Source: Squalus acanthias (lineage: Eukaryota). Taken from it: a DNA stretch of 64,000 nt. Positions 11,269 through 24,453 of the stretch are shown here, piece by piece. The first letter of the stretch is position 1, and every line of letters begins with the position of its first letter. The position numbers were made by a program, and so were the translations under genes. Under the pieces are notes generated by a model, which was given only the letters and a program-made list of their open reading frames with translations, did not search any database and was not told the origin of the DNA. The stretch spans positions 121,956,001 through 122,020,000 of the forward strand of contig CM059431.1 in NCBI GenBank assembly GCA_030390025.1, in the 5' to 3' direction.

Positions 11269-14200
11269 CCCAGTCTCTCTCTCCCCCAGTGTCTCTCTCT
11301 CACCGCCAGTCTCTCTCTCTCTCTCTCTTTCTCTCCCCCAGTCTCTCTCTCTCTCTCCCCCAGTCTCTCTGTTACCCCCAGTCTCTCCCACCCCAGTCTC
11401 TCTCTCTCTTTCTCTCTCCCCCAGTCTCTCTCTCACCCCCAGTCTCTCTCTCTCACCCCCAGTCTCTCTCTCTCACCCCCAGTTTCTCTCTCTCTCTCCC
11501 CAGTCTCCCTCTCTCCCCAGTCTCTCTCTCTCTCCCCTAGTCTCTCTCTCTCACTCCCAGTGTCTGTCTCTCTCCCCAGTCTCTCTCTCTCCCCAGTCTC
11601 TCTTCCTCTCCCCAGTCTCTCTCTCTCTCACCCCCAGTCTCTCTCTCTCCCCCAGTCGCTCTCTCTCTCATCCCCAGTGTCTCTCTCTCACCCCCAGTCG
11701 CTCTCTCTCTCTCTCTCTCACTCCCCCGTCTCTCACTCTCCCCGTCTCTCTCTCTCCCCCAATCTCTCTCTCCCCCAGTCTCTCTCTCTCCCCCAGTCAC
11801 TCTCTCGCTCACCCCCAGTCTCTCTCTCTCTCCCCAGTCTCTCTCTCTCTCTCTCTCTCACTCCCCCAGTATCTCTATTACCTCCAGTCTCTCTCTCTCT
11901 CTCTCCCCATCTCTCTCTCTCCCCTAGTCTCTCTCTCTACCTCCTGTCTCACTCTACCACCCCCAGTCTCTCTCTCTCTCCCCCAGTCTCTCTCTCCCCC
12001 AGTCTCTCTCTCTCTCTCTCACCCCCAGTCTCTCTCTCTCTCTCTCTCTCCCCCAGTCTCTCTGTCCCCCCCAGTCTCTCTCTCCCCCAGTCTCTCTCTC
12101 TCTCTCTCCCCGTCTTTCTCTCTCTCCCCTAGTCGCTCTCTCTCTCCCCAGTCTCTCTCTCTCCCACAGTATCTCTCTCTCTCCCCAGTCTCTCTCTCCC
12201 CAGTCTCTCTCTCTCTCTCTCTCACTCCCCCAATCTCTCTGTCTCTCCCAGTCTCTCTCTCTCTCCCCTTGTCTCTCTCTCTCTCCCCTTGTCTCTCTCT
12301 CGCTCCCCCAGTCGCTCTCTCTCTCTCTCACCCCGTCTCTCTCTCTCTCTCCCCTAGTCTCTCTCTCTCCCCCAGTCTCTCTCTCTCTCTCCCCCAGTCT
12401 CTCTGTTACCCCAGTCTCTCCCACCCCCAGTCTCTCTCTCTCTCCCCCAGTCTCTCTCTCACCCCCAGTCTCTCTCACCCCAGTCCCTCTCTCTCACCCC
12501 AGTCTCTCTCTCTCTCCCAGTCTCTCTCTACCCCAGTCTCTCTCTCTCTCTCCCCCCCAGTTGCTCTCTCTCTCATCTCCCCTAGTCTCTCTCTCTCTCC
12601 CCCAGTTTCTCTCTCCCCTAGTCTCTCTCTCTCTCCCCCAGTCTCTCTCGCTCTCCCCCAGTCTCTCTCTCTCTCTGTCTCTCTCCCAGTCTCTCTCTCC
12701 CCCAGTCTCTCTCTCTCTCTCCCCCCCAGTTGCTCTCTCTCTCATCTCCCCTAGTCTCTCTCTCTCTCCCCCAGTTTCTCTCTCCCCTAGTCTCTCTCTC
12801 GCTCCCCCGTCGCTCTCTCTCTCTCTCACCCCGTCTCTCTCTCTCTCTCCCCCAGTCTCTCTCTCCCTCAGTCTCTCTCTCTCTCTCTCTCTCTCTCCCC
12901 CAGTCTCTCTCTCCCCCAGTGTCTCTCTCTCACCCCCAGTCTCTCTCTCTCTCTCTCTTTCTCTCCCCCAGTCTCTCTCTCTCTCTCCCCCAGTCTCTCT
13001 GTTACCCCCAGTCTCTCCCACCCCAGTCTCTCTCTCTCTTTCTCTCTCCCCCAGTCTCTCTCTCACCCCCAGTCTCTCTCTCTCACCCCCAGTCTCTCTC
13101 TCTCACCCCCAGTTTCTCTCTCTCTCTCCCCAGTCTCCCTCTCTCCCCAGTCTCTCTCTCTCTCCCCTAGTCTCTCTCTCTCACTCCCAGTGTCTGTCTC
13201 TCTCCCCAGTCTCTCTCTCTCCCCAGTCTCTCTTCCTCTCCCCAGTCTCTCTCTCTCTCACCCCCAGTCTCTCTCTCTCCCCCAGTCGCTCTCTCTCTCA
13301 TCCCCAGTGTCTCTCTCTCACCCCCAGTCGCTCTCTCTCTCTCTCTCTCTCACTCCCCCGTCTCTCACTCTCCCCGTCTCTCTCTTTCCCCCAATCTCTC
13401 TCTCCCCCAGTCTCTCTCTCTCCCCCAGTCACTCTCTCGCTCACCCCAGTCTCTCTCTCTCTCCCCAGTCTCTCTCTCTCTCTCTCTCTCACTCCCCCAG
13501 TATCTCTCTCACCTCCAGTCTCTTTCTCTCTCTCTCCCCATCTCTCTCTCTCCCCTAGTCTCTCTCTCTACCTCCTGTCTCACTCTACCACCCCCAGTCT
13601 CTCTCTCTCTCCCCCAGTCTCTCTCTCCCCCAGTCTCTCTCTCTCTCTCTCACCCCCAGTCTCTCTCTCTCTCTCTCTCTCCCCCAGTCTCTCTGTCCCC
13701 CCCAGTCTCTCTCTCCCCCAGTCTCTCTCTCTCTCTCTCCCCGTCTTTCTCTCTCTCCCCTAGTCGCTCTCTCTCTCCCCAGTCTCTCTCTCTCCCACAG
13801 TATCTCTCTCTCTCCTCAGTCTCTCTCTCCCCAGTCTCTCTCTCTCTCTCTCTCACTCCCCCAATCTCTCTGTCTCTCCCAGTCTCTCTCTCTCTCCCCT
13901 AGTCTCTCTCTCTCTCTCCCTAGTCTCTCTCTCTCTCCCCCATTCTCTCTCTCTCTCTCTCTCCCCCCAGTCTCTCTCTCTCTCTCCCCCATGATCTCTA
14001 TCGCTCTTTCCCCCGTCTCTCTCTTACCCCCACTCTCTCTCTTACCCCCAGTCTCTCTCTCTCCCCCAGTCTCTCTCTCTCTCCCCAGTCTTTTTCACCC
14101 CGAGTCTCTCTCTCTCACGCCAGTGTCTCTCTCACTCCCAGTCTCTCTCTCTCTCTCCCCCAGTCTCTCTGTCCCCCCCAGTGTCTCTCTCCCCCAATCT

Positions 14201-15575
14201 CTCTCTCTCTCTCTCCCAGTCTCTCTCTCTCTCCCTCAGTCTCTCTCTCTCTCTCTCCCTCAGTCTCTCCCTCTCTCCCAAGTCTCTCTCTCTCCCCAGT
14301 CTCTCGCTCTCTCTCTTACTCTCTCTCTCACCCCCAGTCTCTCTCTCTTCCCCAGACTCTCTCTCTCTCACCTACAGTCTCTCTCTCTCCCCCAGTCTCT
14401 CTCTCTCTCCCCCAGTATATCTCTCTCTCTCACCCCCAGTCTCTCTGGCCCCCCAGTCTCTCTCTCTCCCCCAGTCTCTCTCTCTCTCTCTCTCTCCCCA
14501 GTCTCTCTCTCACCCCCAGTCTCTCTCTCCCCGTCTCTCTCTCCCCTCGTCTCTCTCTCCCCCCATCTCTCTCTCTCCCCCCCCAGTCTCCCTCTCTTCC
14601 CCAGTTTCTCTCTCTCTCTCCCCCATTCTCTCTCTCCCTCCACAGTCTCTCTCTCCCCCCTCTCTCTCTCTCTCCCCGTCTCTCTCTCTCTCTCGCCCAG
14701 TCTCTCTCTCTACCCCAGTCTCTCTCTTGCCCCTAGTCTCTCTCTCTGCCCCGTCTCTCTCTCTCCCCAATTTCACTCTCTCTCCCCCATCGGTCTCTCT
14801 CTCTTGCCCACTTTCTCTCTCTTCCCCATTCTCTCACTCTCCCTCTCCCCTTGTCTCTTTCTCTCCCCCAGTCTCTCTCTCCCTCTGTCTCTCTCTCTCC
14901 CCCATCTCTCTCTCTCCCCAGTCTCTCTCTCTCCACCCCCCAGTCTCTCTCTCTCCCCTAGTCTCTCTCTCTCTCCCCCAGTCTCTCTGTCTCACCCCCA
15001 GTCTCTCTCTCTCACCCCCAGTCTCTCTCTCTCTCCCAGTCTCTCGCTCTCTCTCCCAGTCTCTCTCTCTCCCCTAGTCTCTCTCTCTCTCTCTCTCTCT
15101 CCCGCAGTCTCTCTCTCTTTCCCCCAGTCTCTCCCTCCCCCATCTCTCTCTCTCTCCCCCAGTCTCTCCACCCCCAGTCTCTCTCTCTCTCTCTCCCTGT
15201 CTCTCTCTCTCCCCAGTCTCTCTCTCCCCCAGTCTCTCGCTCTCTCCCCAGTCTCTCTCTCTCTCCCCTAGTCTCTCTCACTCTCCCCAGTCTCTCTCTC
15301 GCACCCAGTCTCTCTCTCTCTCTCTCCCCCAGTCTCTCTCTCGCCTAATCTCTCTCTCTCTCTCAGTCCCCAGTCTCTCTCTCCCCAAGTCTCTCTCTCT
15401 CTCACCCCCCAGTCTCTCTCTCTCTCCCCCAGTCTCTCTCTCCCCAGTATCTCTCTCTCTCCCCAGTCTCTCTCTCCCCTAGTCTCTCTCTCTCTCTCCC
15501 AGTCTCTCTCTCTCTCTGTCCCAGTCTCTCTCTCTCCCCCAGTCTCTCTCTCTCTCACCCCCAGTCTCTCTCTCT
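8712..15575. repeat. (CT)n-CCCCAGT pyrimidine-rich satellite, block 1
   Basis: Hundreds of ~15-30-bp units CCCCAGT(CT)n; the SLSLSP and ERERE ORFs are translation artefacts. Confidence 0.97.
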
Positions 15576-18500
15576 TGAAGGGATAATTACAAGTGCTAGC
15601 CCTTTCGGACTACCCCAGATCAGGCGTATTCCCCAGACGTTTACCTTCAACTAAAGTTAGCGGTAGCCGGATCCTATAAGACGCTTAATTGGGTCTAAAG
15701 GTCAGACTACCTCTCCCTAAAGGAAAGAAACGGTCTAAAGATGTTACCGTCCTCTGGATAGTACTTTTAATATGTTTAACTAGACTGTAACCTTCTGGAT
15801 ATTATGAGGGTCCGGAATACCCCCCAGAATTCTGCAACTCCTTTGGGTGTACAGAAATTGAGTTTGCAAGATGATACAGAAATACTCTGAGACAATTCTA
15901 AAAATATATAAATTTATTAAAGAACCGACATTCAGTTAACATTTATTATGGCAATCGCAACTTTAACCGTTCAAAATACAAATAGCTTACATTTCTTATC
16001 AGAGATCCTTATTCTCAAATCTTAACTTCGTTACATTTCCACACTACTACTTTTTTCTTAATCCAGAATATCCATCAAAATCAAATACCTTGATTACCCG
16101 AGACTCAATATTAAAAACTTACAGAGCTTGTCTGTGAAGTTGAGAAACGCTTGTCTTCCCAGCGACTTCTGACTTTCCATTTGAAAAGCTCTTATTTTTA
16201 TATTCTTTTGCAATGGTTTATTCTTTGAAGTTTCTGCTGATGGTAAAGTTTCGCAATTATCGCGATTCGAAATAACAAGATAGAAGCAGATTTGTTTGAT
16301 CAGTTTATTTAAACAAAATGCTGTCATGATATAAAGGACACAGAAGCCTGTAAAATGGCCACTGCGCATCGTGGCAGAAGCTTCCAGAATTACAGTGGGC
16401 AGACAAGATGGCGTTCGAATAAACATTTCAATATAAGACTGGATCATACTCGATAAACACTGATAAAGACAGGATGCAACCTGTTTGCATTTGTGACAAT
16501 AGCAAAAGATATAAGTGCTGGAATCGTTTTCCATGCACAAGTAAGGAACATTATACTGGGCAATCGAAGGCCCATCCAGACCCATCAATACACAAATACC
16601 CCCACGGCTCTACAATGAGAGAGACATCGACGGGTGATTAAACGAGTATTCGGGGGCCCCCAAAACCAGTCAGGGAGACAATCCTGGCTGGGTCAACAAT
16701 GGGGAAAACAATAACGGGTAGTTGGCCAGTTTCAGGTGCTACCGAAACCCGTTAAAGACAAGAATCGCCCCACGCTGGGAGTTTTGAGCGCCAATATTAT
16801 ACAAAGGACAAACATTAAGATTTGGGCGGGAGATAAGGGAACACAGCACTATAACTATAGTGAACAAATGCCCATCGGTCTCTTATTCTCCCGGCTGGCC
16901 TCTTATTCTCTTGATTCGACTCTTATTCCCCTGACTCGCTCGATCGCGGGCTGAAGCTCTTCTCTAGGGCTGGACTCTGTTGACTCTGGACCTTTAGCCG
17001 TACTGGACGGTTATTTGAATGTTGGGTGAAGCTCAATCGGAACGAGTAGCCTCGACAAGGGCAAGGTGCACCATCCCGAGAGTCGGTAAACGGTGTCTGG
17101 ACCCGAAGGCCCAACAAGAAAAGACAAAATGACAAGAAAAGATGAAGAATCCACGTGCCGCCGCGGTCAGTAAACCCCGACCGCGCCCGAAAATATAGGA
17201 CTCATTTCTTGAATTCTACGGGTTATTGCATGAACCGGTTTGGGTCCATCGAATTCCTCATAACAACAAGAAAGACTCTTCATTGAATTCTACCGACAAC
17301 TGGTGTCGGTACAGGAAGACTTTTCTTTGAGTTCTACAACCGGGCCCGAGTTCTGTCGAGTTCTTCATGACAACGGGGAGCCCGGCCTGCTTGTCGCAGC
17401 AGCGAAGATAAACAAGTGGGGTACAGAGACCCCTCCAAACATGTGACAGTCAGGCGCTGCAGCGAACGAGCCGAGTGCCTCACTTTAAAATTCTCCGAAG
17501 TATCACGAGTGGTGAGCATGTTTCCCGATCCTACAAATCTAGACGTAGTGTAGGTATTGATAAGGGAGGGTGGTTTTATTAAGGATAAAGTATAATGTGT
17601 TCCCCTTTTTACGATGTGCCGTGCGTTCTTCATTTCCATAGACCAAGCTTTATGAATGTATGTATACTTGTACTATCGTTAATTTGCGCCTATGACATGT
17701 ACTTCATGATTTTGGACGCTATGCAATAAAGATTTCCATTTCGTACTATTCAACCGGGTCTATCTGAGTTTTTCTCTGCGTTACTGCTCTCGCACCTAAG
17801 TCCAGTGTTAGAACCGTAAGGGCGAGTGGGTCGAACCACTCACAGGTGCTTATTGCAACAAGGCTGGCCGGAGACCAGAGCAAGCAATAGTATTAGGCAA
17901 TGAAGGCCTAACCTCGCACCAGCACCATCTGTGATACAAGCACGACAAAACCCCTTACATGATGTAAGCTAATTCTCTTTATTGATATCTCTGTTGAATG
18001 CTTTCTGTCTTTACTGTCAATTTAGCCATTGCATGCATAATTATGTTTCTACCTTAGATGTTTCAAAAACCATCATAAACACAATGACAGCAATGGTTTC
18101 TGTTTGATGCAATTCTTATTGAAGGTCTCCCATTCAATTCTTAATATTGGCTTAACTGGTTATTACCAGACGTTGTGTCTCCTACATGTTCCAAGTTTAA
18201 AACATAAACAATGTAATTGCTTCATGCATCCATTGATGTCATTTTCAAAGTCTTTCTGTACTGTAGGGGGTGATGTTTTTGTGTCAGCTTTACCTCTGCC
18301 TTCTAAGCGGTTCGAATCACTCCCACTCCCTTGGTTCTAGACCTTGGACTTATTTGGGGGGTTGTGATACAAAAGGTGCAGTGGACAACTGAGTTTGATA
18401 AAAGAACTTTAATCTTTATTAAAAGGTAAGACACAAATAATGACACTCTTAGCACTCTAAAGGTGGGGAACACTTCGGTACAAGCGAGGGAAATGACAGT

Positions 18501-19922
18501 AGAACAATACTTCACCCCTCCCAACCCCACTTTACTAGCTAAGTTAGGTTTTGAAGGACCAGGGATAATGCTCACCAATCCTTTGACAGTTGGGCTAAGT
18601 CGCGGTTTTGGGGTTCGCTGTTTATGGCGGTTAGTGTCTGCCGTACCCCATACGCGGTAGAGGACATCACCTGGGTCTCTGGTCAGTCTTCGCGAGTCCG
18701 CTGATGCGGTAGGATGTCATTGTAGATTTATCTGGTGAGTACCCAATTTCTTTAGTTCAGCAGTAGGGCTTAGAGTCTTTGGGGAAAATCTTACCCAGGG
18801 GTAAGTCAGGAGTAGTTTGTAGTGTGGGTTTTCTTCCCTGGAGTTGGTCTTTGTTGGTCGTGGTGGCCTGCGATTACCCGGTCAGTTGAGGGTAATGCGC
18901 GGATGTTGGTTTCGTGAGGCCTTTGGTTTCCACGATGACTTTAGGCCTTGGTTGATGTGTCGGTCGACCTCGTGGAGCCGTCGGTGACTGGTTGCTGCTT
19001 GTTGCTCCGGGTGACTGTGTTGGGGCCGTGGTTGGAGGTCCGTCGAGGTGGTGTTTTCGCGAGCTGGACTCAGGTGTGTCTGAGTGGTGAGCGATGCCGA
19101 CTCGCTTCCAGCCCGGGCCTTCTTCTTCTTGGTCTCTCCTCTTCTCGCTGGCCCTCCTTCCTTCTTCTCTCTCTTGCTTCTCCGCTTCTGCCTCGTGTGT
19201 GCTTGGTGGGCCTTCAATTATACTGAATTGAAGTGGCATTATCTACTCGCCAAATCTGTTTAGTTCGTTGTCTAGTTTTGGCGGGCTCGTAAATCGGTAA
19301 CGATTTACTAGCACGTTAACTGGGTTTTAACAGGCCTTCAATCTGACCCATTGAATATGACCTTTATCTACCCGCCAAATCTGTTCAGTTCATCATCTGA
19401 ATTTGGCGGGCCTGCTACCAGTAACTGCTCTGTGAGTGTCAAATGGGTTTCTGGGATGGTTTGCATCCTATCGATTTTCTTGGCTGATTGCTGGTGATGG
19501 GTTTTGTGTTTTGGGTTCCTAGGCTGATCTATAGCCTAGTCCTGGGTGCTCTGTATTATGCATATTTCTTGATGGGCCTTGTAATCGGTTTGATGGGACC
19601 TATTGTTTTGGGTGGGACTGTCTTCTCCTAGGGTCTATTGTCAAAATGTTAATGCGTGCTGGGGCTTTGAGTGAGATCATCCCAGTTCCCCAGACATTGC
19701 AATTAACTGCAATACCCAAAATGCTTTTACAGAGGTCGAACCCAACTTCCTTCACAGCCTTTTCTCCCTTTACAGGCCCAGACATGTTTTTAAAATGCCA
19801 AAACTTGGTTTTTGGTCTTAAATTCCTTATGTTAGGCCCAAATGCATTTTTATCACTCTGGGGTAGTTCCAAAGTTCCTTTTCCTTAGGTTTTGGGGATC
19901 TGTAAATTTTGGAAACCTTACA
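15576..19922 (-). repeat. Putative 3' LTR of ERV-A (~2.6 kb after removing nested solo LTR A)
   Basis: TG...CA ends (TGTAAGG...CCCTTCA); preceded by a PPT; minus-strand TATAA near 19217-19221, GTAAGT at 16117-16122 and AATAAA at 15913-15918. No partner LTR is present to confirm the length. Confidence 0.6.
16242..17959 (+). mobile_element. Solo LTR copy A
   Basis: (G)GTAAAG...CCCCTTACA, first base apparently mutated; TSD TGAT/TGAT; CCAAT 16791, GC box, TATAAC 16850, AATAAA 17725. Confidence 0.85.
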
Positions 19923-20195
19923 GTCCCTCCTGCGATACTTTAACTCACTACAGTATCGTTGTGGATGGACAAAATTCCTGATCCTTGAAAAACCAACCTT
20001 CCCCTGTATTTCCTAAACTAAAACCCAAAAACCCAATACATACAGGTAAGAATCAATAATACATGCACATCCAAGCATGGAGGGGGTCCAACACCCCTAC
20101 ACTACTTGGAAAGAAAACCCAGAATACATACATAGAAGAAAAAATAACACACGATCACAAAACTTCTTTATTTTTAGAATCGATTCAGGCTTGTT

Positions 20196-23100
20196 TTATA
20201 CTTGGTAAACTTTATTGCAATGTTTTTCCCAGGCTTTCTCATGCCGGGAATGGAGCATTCTGTCCTTCCCCTTGCACTTTGTACACAGTAAGTACAAGAC
20301 TATCCCGAGCTGGCAAACCATGAAGATGTGGGAGGCCATCCTAATCCAAGAAGGAACCTCTATGTTTTCAAAAATGTCCCACCAGGGTGGAACCGTGATG
20401 GCCGAAATCTCAATCCCTATCTCAAGTGTCTTTTGTTCTAGGGTGTAGAAATGCTTTTGTGATACCTGTACAGCTTTTAGTAAGACAGTAAGGTGTTCGG
20501 GTAGAGGAGGAATCTTATAGCCGAAGAAGGTGACATCGTTTTGCAGATTGGTAATGTTTTCCCTTACAGTGAGGTGACCAGTTGAGGGTTCAAGAATGGG
20601 GACAATCCTTCCCTGGGCTACTTGAACTTCTGCCTCGGGTTTAAAGCAGAAACTGCTGTCACTCACCGGAGACCAGAAATGCTGTCCATGCTGGTAGTGG
20701 GGCGCACTTGTAAAGTTTCGCAATTATCGCGATTCAAAATAACATAAGAGAAGCAGATTCGTTTGATCAGTTTTATTAAACAAAATGCTGTCCTGATAAT
20801 AAAGGACACAGAAGCCTGTAAAATGGCCGCCGAGCATCGTGGCAGAAGCTTCCAGAAACACAGTGGGCAGACAAAATGGCGTCAAATATACATTCAGTAT
20901 AAGATTGGACCATACTCGGTAAACACTGATAAAGACAGGATGCAACCCGTTTGCATTTGGAACAATAGCAAAGATATAAGTGCTGGAATCGTTTTCCTAT
21001 GCACAGTAAGGATCATTGTACTGGGCAATCGAAGGCCCATCCAGACACATCAATACACAAATACCCCCCCAGCTCTACAATGAGAGAGACATTGACGGGT
21101 GATTAAGTCGGTATTCGGGGGCCCCCAAAACTAGTCAGGGAGATGATTCATACACATCCTGGCTGGGTCAACAATGGGGAAAACATTAACGGATAGTTGG
21201 CCAGTTTCAGGTGCTACCGAAACCCGTTAAAGAAGATAATCGCCCCATGCTGGGAGTTTTGAGCGCCAAATATTACACAAAGGACAAACATTAAGATTTG
21301 AGCGGGAGATAAGCGGACACATCACTATAACTACAGAGAACAAATGTCCATCGGTCTCTTATGCTCTTGACTCGGGCTGAACTCTTATCCCCAGGTATCG
21401 CTCTCCTGGACGGGCAGCCTCTTGATTTTCTCTCTGGACTTTGTTGACTCTTGACTCTTAGCCGTACTGGTCAGTTATTCGAGTGTTGGGTGGAGCTCAA
21501 TCGGTACGAGCCGCCCCGACAAGGGCAAGTAACAGGGTACACCATCCCGAGTGTCGGTAAACGGTGTCTGGACCCGGAGGCCCGAGGAGACGAGTCGAGA
21601 AGAAGACGAGAAGAAGACGAGAAGAAATTCCACGTGCCGCCACGGTCAGTAAACCCCGACCGCGCCCGAAAATATAAATACAGGACTCTTCTTTGAGTTC
21701 TACTGACTGCAACCTGTGTCGAGCACAGAAAGACTCTTCTTTGAACTGTGTACGAGGTCCGTCGAGTTCTTCATGACAACAGGGAGTCTGGCCTGCTTTT
21801 CGCAACAGCGAAAGTAAACAAGTGGGGTGCAGAGACCCTTCCAAACACGTGACAGTCGGGCGCTGCAGCGAAACGAGCTGAGTGCCTCACTTTAAAAATC
21901 TCCGAAGTAACACGAGTGGTGAGCATGTTTTCCGATCCTACAAATCTAGACGTAGTGTAGGTATTATTAAGGGAGGGTGGTTTTAATAAGGTTAAGATAT
22001 AATGTGTTCCCCTTTCTACAATGTGCCGTGTGTTCTCCATTTCCATAGACCAAGCTTTATGAATGTATGTATACTTGTACTATCTTTGATTTGCACCTAT
22101 GACATGTATTTCATGATTTTAGACGCCATGCAATAAAGATTTCCATTTCGTACTATTCAACCGGGTCTATTTGAGTTTTTCTCTGCATTACTGCTCCCTG
22201 CATCTAAGTCCAGTGTTAGAACCGTAAGGGCGAGTGGGTCAAACCACTCACAGGTGCTTATTGCAATAAGGCTGGCCGGAGACCAGAGCAAGCAATAGTA
22301 TAGGCAACGAAGGCCTAACCTCGCACCAGCACCGTCTGAGACACGTCCCCCTTACACACTTGAAGTGACACAATATGTCCCACCCCCTATGATTGCTAAC
22401 TGTGGGGGAACATAGCCTTGTGCTATTACCTCCATGGTACAGTTGATAGGTCGTGCGCCAGCAGCTTTAAACCCGCACTGTGGTCTAGAGTAGGCGTTCA
22501 AGTGCTGGAGACACAGTATTATGTGTGAACCCCGGCTCCAGCACCCGGAGAGGTCAGTACCTGTCATAGCGTGCTCCCACTTTATGACATAAGGTGGGAC
22601 CTCTGCGAAATGGACGTGTGCGACCCCTTGAATGATCCCAATGTTCTCCACCATGTATACCGGTGCGGGATGGGCTGTCCCACCCATGACCGGCATCCTC
22701 ACTACTATCCCCATGTTAGAGTGATTAGAAGGTCCACAATCTACTTGGACTGGGTAGGCTTCAGAGGCTAGGCGGAGCTGACACGGGCTCAGTGAATTGT
22801 TGAATGGGTGGAGGGCTGCGAGGTGCTGTTGCTAATCCAGGAGGGGACTAAACCTTGTTTTAAATCCTCCAGGTTGCTGCAGCCCTCGCCTAGCAACCAT
22901 GCCCGTATAGCACACACACCTCATTCTGTGCAGCCTGATCCGAAGCATTCCTGTCCTCCCGTATGAGTGCATTCACTGTTTTAGCATGTCTCTCCAGCTC
23001 AGCAATAATCTCCTTTAGGTGGACCGTCATAGCTTGGTCCTCGTGTAGCTCTGAGACTACCACTGTATTCCCATCCGTTAGGATCTTTCTTAACTGGGTT

Positions 23101-23685
23101 TTTAAACCATTTATCTGTATTTGTAGCTCTCTGTCTTCTTGGCTGTTTATTACTGAGGATCCTGTATTATTTGTTGTGAAAATATCGTTCCAGGTCCCCC
23201 TTCTTTGTCTCCCTGCGCCCATATTTTTGCTCTGCGTGTAGTCTGTACAGTTCTGCTTTGTCCACGTTGGCAAAGTCGAATTCATAGAATTTTCTAAACA
23301 TTTCCTTCAACAGCTGTTCTGTCTCCTTAGGACACCATTTAGGTAAGTGTACCTCGGTAAGGTTTAATATTACTGAAGCTTTTGCATAGTGCACTCCCTG
23401 GTATAGTACCTTTTCGGTCGGTACTAGGACTAACCCATTCTCTGGTCCCTTGGTGGTGGTAGGACACATCTCCTCTACTGTCCGTGAGGTTGTGGTCGTG
23501 GGCAGGGGCTTTCGGGGGCGGGCTACTAGTTCGGTGGTGTTGACTAGGGTCGGGGAGTGTGGGAGGGCGCATAAATCTAGGCTAGAATCCCACCCCATCC
23601 CCTCCCGGGCATCTTGCCATTGTGTGGAGAAGATGATGGATATGCCTGTGGGGCAGGCTTTCTCTGACCCCCACATACAAACATA
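20196..23685 (-). pseudogene. env: ERV-A envelope glycoprotein (F-like class I fusion protein), frameshifted and split by solo LTR B
   Basis: ORF pieces 23167-23700, 22890-23285, 22352-22714 and 20196-20723; furin site RQRR|GTWNDIF, heptad region, Cys-rich segment, TM IRMASHIFMVCQLGIVLYLL. Confidence 0.8.
20709..22356 (+). mobile_element. Solo LTR copy B, inserted in ERV-A env
   Basis: TGTAAAG...CCCCCTTACA; TSD CACT/CACT. Confidence 0.9.
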
Positions 23686-24453
23686 GGGCTGGATTTTCAT
23701 TGACCCGTGGAGGTGGGTTTGTAGGCGTGCGGGGGGTTAAAATTGCGAAAACTGGCGGGTAGGCACAAGTCCGCCTCCATCCCGCCTCCACGCAATTTTC
23801 ATTAAATCGTGTCTGCTGGTCCCGACTCCGTCCCACCTTTAAGAGACGGGATAGGCTGTTAGGGCCCTTAACAAGCACTAAATTGGCTCTATATTGCCAT
23901 TTTGAAAGACCTTTGTGATTTTAACCCTTGAACTACGTGAAGCACGCCTGTTCTGAACCACGATTGTGAAACCTGGCGGGAGCACATTTGGATAGCTGAC
24001 TATCAGCTGCAGGTCCACTATTACAACGGAAATGTGATAAAGGTAGTAGTAGTATTAGGTCTGAAAGTCGCCTCTGATGCTGCTGCATTGAAGGGCTTGA
24101 GTGACTGCCTGGCCTTTGCTATGAGAGGACCTGGATGCAAAAAAAAAATTCTCTCTCTGTCTGTCTCTCTCTCTCTCTCTCTCTCCTTAGAGCTGCTGCT
24201 CATTTTGCATCCAGGTCCTCTCACAGCAAAGGCCATGCAGTCTCTGACCTCCAATGCAGCAGCAATGATGACATCATCAGAGGTGACTTTCAGACTAAAA
24301 ACGCTAATTGCTTCATGGGTTCCCACATGCTGGAACTCAATTGACCAATTAGGTGAAAATTGCATCAATCTCCCACATCCAATTGCAGTCGGGTGGATAA
24401 CACGAAATGCGGATGACACAACCCCAACCCGCTCCAGTATCAAAATCCAGCCC
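23686..24453. mobile_element. Harbinger-type MITE
   Basis: Perfect 12-bp TIR GGGCTGGATTTT (23686-23697) / AAAATCCAGCCC (24442-24453); flanks ATA and TCT do not match as a TSD. Confidence 0.8.

Larger units (their letters stand above)
15576..23685 (-). mobile_element. 5'-truncated endogenous retrovirus-like provirus (ERV-A): env plus long 3' LTR
   Basis: env homologous to the ERV-B env; purine tract GCAGGAGGGAC abutting TGTAAGG at 19922; LTR runs to ...ATCCCTTCA at 15576, where satellite resumes. Confidence 0.8.

Noticed and set aside
16094..16588. Minus-strand Cys-rich ORF recurring in solo LTRs (also 47997-48260, 36143-36358, 29908-30108)
   Set aside because: Frame and stops are not preserved between copies; the similarity simply reflects nucleotide homology.
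16242..17959. Ginger-type DNA transposon interpretation (TGT...ACA ends, 4-bp TSD)
   Set aside because: Inverted repeats are only 4-5 bp and the CCAAT/GC/TATA/AATAAA layout fits an LTR; not fully excluded.
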